The notes beneath the pieces are model-generated. The model was given only the letters and a program-made list of their open reading frames with translations, did not search any database and was not told where the DNA came from. Of a stretch of 64,000 nucleotides of DNA, positions 56,530 to 64,000 are shown piece by piece; within the stretch, counting starts at the first letter, position 1; the number at the start of each line of letters is the position of its first letter. Both the position numbers and the translations under genes were made by a program. The stretch comes from Prasinococcaceae sp. CCMP 1430 (Eukaryota > Plantae > Prasinodermophyta), in contig RQSC01001393.1 of the NCBI GenBank assembly GCA_013416795.1, forward strand, positions 103,515 to 167,514, given 5' to 3'.

Positions 56530-59370
56530 TTAGTTCTTCTTGGACTTCTTCTTCTTTGACTTCTTCTTCTTGGACTCCTTCTTGGACTCCTTCTTGGCCT
56601 TCTTCTTGGACTTCTTCTTGGACTTCACCGGCTCCGGCTCCTCCACCGGCTCCGGCTCCTCCATGCACACCTTGTTCTCGTAGACGCAGCCCTCCTCCTT
56701 GCCGCACTTCTTCTTCGAGAGGCCCTCGCAGTGGGACACCGGCGGCTCCTCCATGCACATCTTGTTCTCGTAGACGCAGCCCTCCTCCTTGCCGCACTTC
56801 TTCTTCGAGAGGCCCTCGCAGTGGGACGGGTGGTGGTCGTGGTGGTGGTCGTGGTGGTCGTCGTGGCCGTCATCGTGCTCATCCTCATCGGTGAGACCGC
56901 ACGCGCTCGCGACGTACAGGCCAGCGTCGTAAAGTTCCACGTCGAGGCAATGCGCAACGGGCGCAATCTCCGCGAAAGCGGCGGCGCACCCGCTGTCGTC
57001 GGAGCACCTGTCGCCGTACGTCGGCTCCTCGCCCTTCGGGCACTTGGGGATGCCCAGCTCCTTGGCCTCGCTCTTGCTCGACGCGCAGTCAGGCAGGCAG
57101 CTCCCGAAGAATGCGTCGACGAGCGGCTCGAGGCGCTTCCGCTTGGGGCACGGGGCGTCCTCCTCGTCGTGATGGTCGTCGTGGTGGTCGTCGTGGTGGT
57201 CGTCGTGGTGGCCGCCGTCGCATGCACACTGTTCGGTCCAGTAGCCCGTGCAGCTTGCCTCGTCCGTGTCGCAGTCGCATTCGTGCGCCGTGTAGTCGTA
57301 GCAGCCTGCGGGGTCGGCGTGGTCATCGTCGTGATCGTCCTCGTCAACGACATCACATGCACACTGCTCGGTCCAGTAGCCCGTGCAGCTTGCCTCGTCC
57401 GTGTCACAATCGCACTGGTGCACCTCCATGTCGTAGCAGCCTGAGGGGTCGACGACGCACGCATTCGGGTCGATGACGATGCCCTTGCCGTGGTCCTGGG
57501 TGAGCTCGCCAAGGTCGGCGTAGGTCACGCCCTTGACGGGCAGGGCAGCCTCGATATGGGACTTGATCTTGCAGTACATGCGGGGATGGAGGTCGGCGCG
57601 GCTGGGCGCCGGCCACAGGAGGGCGTCGATGGCCTGCCGCCGGCGCTCCAAGAGCCGGCGGTGCTACGGGCTGTGCTGCGCGGTCATGCACTAGCCCTCG
57701 GCCCAGTCGCCGTCGTCGCCGGTCCCGGCCTGCACCTTGTAGCTGTACTTGAGGGTCGCCTGGAGGAAGGTCTTGAGGAAGCCCGCGCTGATCTCCTCCT
57801 GGGCGGCCTCGATGCCGGCCACGTCGGCGGCGAGCGCCGCCTCGCGGCCCGCCGCGAAGGAGGCGAAGGCCTCGCCGAGCACGTCGGTGCCGAAGTCGGC
57901 GTCCCTCTTGCGGGTGACCTCGGCGGGCGCGTTCTCGCCGGTGAGGCCGTACCAGAAGGCGTAGTACTCGTCGTAGTAGATGTTGTTGGAGCCCGACGCC
58001 TTGGGTGCGTTGAGGGCCACGCCCAGCTCGGCCTGCTCGAGCGCCTCCACGGCCTCGTGGTTGGCGTACAGCACCAGGATGGCCTGCATGTTCTTCTTGG
58101 CGGCCACGACGCGCACGTCGTCGCTCATGCCCTCGAAGTCGCCGGTGCCGTCGAGCGCGGCAACCATGTACGTGTCCAGGAAGTCGGTGGCGCCGTAGAG
58201 CGTCACGAAGCCCGTGGCCAGCGGCTCGGCCGAAAGGTCCTTCTGGGCCATGCCCTGGAGCGTGCGCAGGCCAGAGCCCTTCGCCGAGTTCTTGCCGTTG
58301 GAGTAGAGCTCCTACCGTCGGCGCATCAAGCCCCCGCTGAGCGGCTCCTTCCGGAGCTAGAGCGGGTGATCGAGGGCGATCGACGCGTGGACGATCGACG
58401 AGTCCTCAACCGGGAGCGGGCCGCACGCGTCGGCAGAGATGACGATGCCCTTGCCGTGGTCCTGGGTGAGCTCGCCAAGGTCGGCGTAGGTCACGCCCTT
58501 GACGGGCAGGGCAGCCTCGATATGGGACTTGATCTTGCAGTACATGCGGGGATGGAGGTCGGCGCGGCTGGGCGCCGGCCACAGGAGGGCGTCGATGGCC
58601 TGGGCGGCCGCGAGGTTCTCGGCCGCCACGATGCCCGACACGACGCGCCAGTACGTGTAGCCCTCGGCCCAGTCGCCGTCGTCGCCGGTCCCGGCCTGCA
58701 CCTTGTAGCTGTACTTGAGGGTCGCCTGGAGGAAGGTCTTGAGGAAGCCCGCGCTGATCTCCTCCTGGGCGGCCTCGATGCCGGCCACGTCGGCGGCGAG
58801 CGCCGCCTCGCGGCCCGCCGCGAAGGAGGCGAAGGCCTCGCCGAGCACGTCGGTGCCGAAGTCGGCGTCCCTCTTGCGGGTGACCTCGGCGGGCGCGTTC
58901 TCGCCGGTGAGGCCGTACCAGAAGGCGTAGTACTCGTCGTAGTAGATGTTGTTGGAGCCCGACGCCTTGGGTGCGTTGAGGGCCACGCCCAGCTCGGCCT
59001 GCTCGAGCGCCTCCACGGCCTCGTGGTTGGCGTACAGCACCAGGATGGCCTGCATGTTCTTCTTGGCGGCCACGACGCGCACGTCGTCGCTCATGCCCTC
59101 GAAGTCGCCGGTGCCGTCGAGCGCGGCAACCATGTACGTGTCCAGGAAGTCGGTGGCGCCGTAGAGCGTCACGAAGCCCGTGGCCAGCGGCTCGGCCGAA
59201 AGGTCCTTCTGGGCCATGCCCTGGAGCGTGCGCAGGCCAGAGCCCTTCGCCGAGTTCTTGCCGTTGGAGTAGAGCTCCTTGGCAGCCGCGTAGTTCGGGG
59301 GCGACTCGCCGAGGAAGGCCTCGATCTCGCCCACATCGAGGGCGATCGACGCGTGGACGATCGACGAGTC
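56530..59370 (-). CDS. FEA1-like (low-iron-inducible periplasmic protein family) with 2 tandem FEA1 domains + Cys-rich, His/Asp-rich and Lys-rich C-terminal modules; about 947 aa after correcting two complemented 55-mers; N-terminus lost at N 59372
   Basis: HASIALD..AAAKELYSNGKNSAK..RTLQG, DEYYAFWYG, KRDADFGT, QATLKYSYK, WAEGYTYW are Fea1-type motifs; 966-bp internal direct repeat; re-complementing 58314-58368 and 57637-57691 gives one open frame. Confidence 0.82.
57475..59370. repeat. Intragenic direct repeat (offset 966 bp), near-identical
   Basis: For example GAGTC at 58400/59366 and CCCTCGG at 57695/58661; differences are confined to two 55-nt complemented segments and the linkers. Confidence 0.92.
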
Positions 59371-60514
59371 CNCTCGCTCGCGCCGCGGCGGCTGCGGCGG
59401 CGGGCGGCTGCGCCGGCCGGGCCTCGTCCCTCCCCATCAATGGTTTTTAACCTACATAAGTCTCCCGTGGGTATGTTTCGTTCCTTTCGCGACACTTGTA
59501 TGTCTCGGTCAGTCCTCAATCGACGGGCCTTTCGAACCCAGGAACACAAACCGGATTCCGATCCGCGAAGTCCGTGTGAGGTGGCGCACGCCGTCGGTGC
59601 ACACCCCGGAAATGATTCAAGAAGCGGGCGCGAGGAGAAGAAGCGAGTCGACGCGAAACGAACCGTTGCGCCGCGCGGGCGCGCTGGCAGCGGCGGGCGC
59701 GGCGCCCACTCATCGCGCGCGCGCCGCACTGAGCCGCGCAGCGGGGGGACGACATTTTGGGTTGTGTTTAGGGTAAGGCAATTTTTGAATTACATCTGAT
59801 ATGAACTTTGAATGGAGGGTTCAGATGTACGTCCTGCCGGCAGCTGCCCCAGCCGCTCGGTCCGACACCCTCGACCCGGGTCATCCACCGGGCTGATGCC
59901 GGTCGGACCGACGGAAACGCCCGGTCTCGAGGTGCCATACATCGGGTCAAATCTCTCCAACCCGGGTCGCGAGCGGTGACCCCGCGGAGCGCAGCGGGGA
60001 GCGCACGTGGGCAGCCCCACGTGGGCCCCGACGCATGCATTATGACGTGCGCAACGCATATCTGTTGAGGATCTGACGCGATCTCGTACGAGTCACGTGA
60101 AAACAGCCTTTGTTACCATTGCAACGGAAACGAAAACGCGCACACCGCCGACGAGCAACGCATTTCGCACATGTCTTTTACGGAAGCGCCTCCGAATTGA
60201 AGCCTGATTGTGAAACGGTTGGCGCGCCATTCGAGCAGATTTGCTAACGCGACGCGCTTTCGTTACGTCACGCCGTCGTTGTGTTGGCGTTTTGCGGCCA
60301 TGAAAATGTTCTGGGGATGCGCGCGATGACCTGAAACGGCGCTTGGACGTCTTCCGAAATTGGAAGACGCGTGATTTGGTGCGATGGGCGAAAAGGGCCC
60401 GCATCGAACGAAACGCGCCCGCCAAAATAAACGAAAAACAAAAAAAAAAACAAAAAAAGGAGATGCCAAAACGGAGCCACACCGGATGGTCTGATACCAA
60501 TACCATTCCGCGAC

Positions 60515-60790
60515 GTTTCGCGTGCGTTTTGATCTATCGAATGCGCTTTGACGGGATGTTTGTGCGCTCGCACGCGCTTCGCGCGCGTTTTCATATGTAC
60601 GGATGCTTTTTGATAAGGTGTTTAGCGCATGCGTTTCGCGTGCGTTTTCATATGTACGGACGCTTTTTGATATGGTGTTTAGCGCATGCGTTTCGCGTGC
60701 GTTTTGATATGACCGCATGCGTTTTGATGGGATGTTTAGCGCATGCGTTTCGCGTGCGTTTTGATATTGTCGCGTGCATTTTGATGGGGG
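60515..60790. repeat. 57-bp tandem minisatellite, about 4.5 copies, each with two CGTTTTGA-like cores
   Basis: GCGCATGCGTTTCGCG at 60625, 60682 and 60739. Confidence 0.88.
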
Positions 60791-60857
60791 GCACCGGGGA
60801 CGCTCGCGCGCCGCGCGCGCCACAGCGCGCGCGGGGGCGCCCGCGGCGGCGCAGGTG

Positions 60858-61057
60858 NNNNNNNNNNNNNNNNNNNNNNNNNNNNNNNNNNNNNNNNNNN
60901 NNNNNNNNNNNNNNNNNNNNNNNNNNNNNNNNNNNNNNNNNNNNNNNNNNNNNNNNNNNNNNNNNNNNNNNNNNNNNNNNNNNNNNNNNNNNNNNNNNNN
61001 NNNNNNNNNNNNNNNNNNNNNNNNNNNNNNNNNNNNNNNNNNNNNNNNNNNNNNNNN
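60858..61057. other. Assembly gap (N run)
   Basis: Run of N; hides the CstF77 start. Confidence 0.99.
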
Positions 61058-63628
61058 CGCCGCCGCGCCGCCGGCCGAGCCCGCGGCCGCACCGGACGCC
61101 GAGACGGCCGCCGCGCTCAACAAGGTGAGCAACAACTCGCGCGACAAGGTCGGCGCTCTGCTCCAGCTTGTGCGCGCCGATGCGTGGGACGTCGCCGCGT
61201 GGCTGGCGCTCCGCGCCGAGGTGCGCGCGTGGCCCGCGGCGGCCGCGCGGTCGGTGTACGAGGAGATGCTCACAGTGTATCCCATGAGCGCCGCCACGTG
61301 GTGTGCGTACGTCGACGCCGAGCACGCCGACGGCCACCTCGAGGCGGAGCGCGCGCTCTTTTCGCGCTGCCTGCTTACCGTGCTCGACATCGACCTGTGG
61401 CGAAAGTACCTGCGGCTCATCAAGTCTACCACCAAACCCGACACGGCAACCGGCGCCAACGCGGAACTACAGGCCGCGTACGAGTTCGCGATCACCCACG
61501 TCGGCCAGGACTACGCCGCGGGCGACATGTGGCGCGAGTACGTCGGGGTGCTCAAGGTGCGTGACGCCATGCCACCCAGGCCGCCGCGCGCCCCCTTGGT
61601 GACCATGCGCGTGTGAGTGTGCGAGCGGTGGCGCACCCGACGCTGCGGGTCCCAGCGTTGCACGGGACGCTGACGCGCGCTCGCGGCGCGGCGCATCGCT
61701 GCCTGCCGGGCATGCCCTCGGCGAAGTCTGTGCGGCCGGCCAGCCCGCAGGAGGAGGGCGCCAAAACGACGGCGCTGCGGCGTGCGTTCCAGCAAGCTGT
61801 TGTGACGCCTATGGAGGGCGTGGACGCCCTGTGGCGCGAGTGGGAGCTCTTCGAGAACAACCTCGACCGCAACCTCGCCAAGCCGCTGCTGGCCGAGTAC
61901 TCGAGCCGCCACGTGAGCGCTAAGGGAGTGCTTCGCGAGATCACGCGGCTGCGCGAGCGCGTCCACGCGAGTGCGCTGGCGGTGCCGCCCGCATACGCCG
62001 CCCGCGTTGCCGAGGCTGCCGCGGGGACCGACGTGAGCGCCCGAGTAGCACCCGATCAGTCCGCCGCCTGGGACGACCTGCTGGCGTACGAACGAGGGAA
62101 TCCTCTGCGCCTCGAGGACGGTCAGGAGTTTGGGCGGATGACGCTCGCCTACAATCAGTGCCTGTGCGCGCTTGCACACTACCCGCGGGTGTGGCTCGAG
62201 CTGCACAAGCTCTACGCAGACCGCAGCGACGCCAAGGGCGCGCGCGAGGTGCTCGTTCGCGCGGTGCGCGCGGTCCCCAGCTGCCTGCTGGTGCACTTTG
62301 CCCTCGCAGACTACGACGAGTCGCGCGGCAAGGTGGCGGCCGCGCGCGCCACCTACGACGCTCTTCTCGCACAGGACGGCAGCAGCGGCGTCCTCACCGC
62401 CGACAAAAAGACGCTAGCGTACATCCAGCTCATGCGCTTCGCCAGGCGCTCGGAGGGCGCGGAGAGCGCTCGCAAGATCTTCCTGGCGGCGCGAAAGGAC
62501 AGCGACGTGTCCTACCACGTCTTCGTGGCCAGCGCGCACATGGAGTACCGCGTCAGCAAGGACGCCAAGGTAGCGCGAAACATCTTCGAGCTCGGGCTGC
62601 GCACGCATCTGAAGAGCGCAGGCTACGTGCTCGCGTACGCCGACTTTTTGGCCAAATGCCTCAACGACGACAACAACGCGCGCGGGCTGTTCGAGCGAGC
62701 TCTGGCGGCTTCGGAAGACATGAGTGCCTCAGATCTGCGCCGCGTGTGGAACGGCTTCATGGAGTTCGAGGCTCAGGTTGGCAACATGGCGCAGTACAAC
62801 AAAGTGCAGGCGCGCCGTGCTGAGGCGATGCAGGAGGCAATGCGTCGCGAGGGGCGCTCTTCCGTGGCGCGGCGCGGGGGCAAGCTCGACGGCAGCATGC
62901 GCACTGTCGCCGGCGCCCCTGGGAGCGCCGAGGATGGTCTGCACCTCATGCTCGAGCGGCATGCGTTCGGTGACCTACGCGCGGCAACGCCGCTCGAGGC
63001 GGGCATCACGCGTGCCCAGTGCGAGGCGCTGGGCATCTCCGGGGGGCCCGCCGCAGCAGAGGGGGGCGAGGGCATGCAGGCGCAGGCGGCACAGGGCAGC
63101 GGCGCGCCTGGTGCGAAGACGCCGAGTCCGCTGTCAGGAGCGCTTGGCATGCTGCTGGCGCACCTCCCACCCCCTGGCGTCATCATGCCGCCGGTGCCCG
63201 ACCCGGCTGTGGTCATGTCCGTCGTACTCTCCAAGGACATTCCTGTGCCGGTTGCTGGCAGTGCTGCCAGTCGCATCGCGACGCCGGATGTCGTGCGCGC
63301 TGAGGTCAGCGCGCGTGCCGCACAGCAGAATGCGCAGCAGCAGCAGGCGTCGCAGCAGCAGGCCGCGGCGCCCGGGGGCGGCTACGGTGTGCCGCCGCAG
63401 GGTGGCGGTGGCAACTACGCGGGCTACCAGGGTGGCGGGGGGCGGGGCGACGACAGGCGCGGCGGGGGGCCGCCGTCCCAGCAGGACTGGAGCTCCTCGC
63501 GGAAGCCCGGTACGGAGGGCGGTAGCTATGGTGGCGATGACCGCCGCGGGGTGAAGCGCGAGCGCTACGACAACGGCGTGCCTGAGCACGACGTCTTCAG
63601 GCACCGCCGCGGCGCTGGCACGCAATAA
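61058..63628 (+). CDS. CSTF77: Cleavage stimulation factor 77 kDa subunit (CstF77/Rna14/Suf), HAT repeats; 5' end in N gap; intron about 61557-61750
   Basis: RSVYEEMLTVYPMSAATWCAYV, LFSRCLLTVLDIDLWRKYL, AYEFAITHVGQD, ALRRAFQQAVVTPM, AYIQLMRFARRSEG, ARNIFELGL. Confidence 0.95.
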
Positions 63629-64000
63629 TACGCGCCGGGACGCGAGGCGAACGAAGTACACACACATTGAGACCTTTGTACAGGAGACCTCAGTAGTGCC
63701 GCGCAGGCACGCGCATGCGCGAGCGAATTGCGTGCGAGCGAACAAGCGCGCTTGCTGTGCGCGTTGGCGTCTGTGCTTCGCGGAAGCTCGCAGGCGCGGA
63801 CCCGTGTGCCCGCAGGAGCATGCCGACGCCAGGGGTTCCACAGCACAGAAGGACGGGAGTAGCCTTTTACAGAAGTCCTACTGTACTCTAGGTTGAGGTT
63901 TTGTTTGTGTTTTAAGGTCTTCTTGATGGAGAGTTTATAGACTTTTTTTTTTTTTTAGGTCGCGCGCGGCGGCCGAGGCGGCGCCTCGGCGCCACAGCGC

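Noticed and set aside
57691-58251. Apparent FEA1 pseudogene or separate truncated paralogue
   Set aside because: The stops come from complement-only 55-nt artefacts; the corrected sequence is one continuous ORF.

Overview
GC-rich (roughly 70%) eukaryotic nuclear DNA from a green alga of prasinophyte grade (inferred from an Alfin-like PHD gene, a plastid-type DUF3727 domain, a FEA1-like gene, short GT-AG introns with CTGAC/CTAAC branch points and TGTAA-type poly(A) signals). About 21 protein-coding genes or gene fragments are supported: RPL38, MATE, NOC2(+DUF3727), SnRK1/MARK-like kinase, WD40, GH31, a ParB-like small protein, a coiled-coil protein, a giant BMP/cadherin-like/multi-TM/ARM receptor, SERF, Alfin-like, patatin, CLC-CBS-TPC, DUF1279-like, oligopeptidase A, a UxxC selenoprotein, an atypical P450, a tandem FEA1 protein, CstF77 and two orphans. 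They are separated by AT-richer, mostly divergent intergenic regions that share recurring motifs and tandem arrays. Highlights are an uninterrupted in-frame fusion of a CLC anion transporter to a complete two-pore channel, a selenoprotein with a clear SECIS that the ORF track splits, a double-FEA1 iron-binding protein with His/Cys/Lys-rich tails, a predicted NOC2-DUF3727 splice fusion, and an orientation-specific upstream motif GCGCCACAGCGC. The assembly is a draft: N gaps, single-N joins, a 1.1-kb poly-C run, and two 55-nt segments that are complemented but not reversed and falsely break the FEA1 gene. No tRNA, rRNA, CRISPR array or intact transposon was recognised. All family calls come from motif recognition by eye, not database searches.
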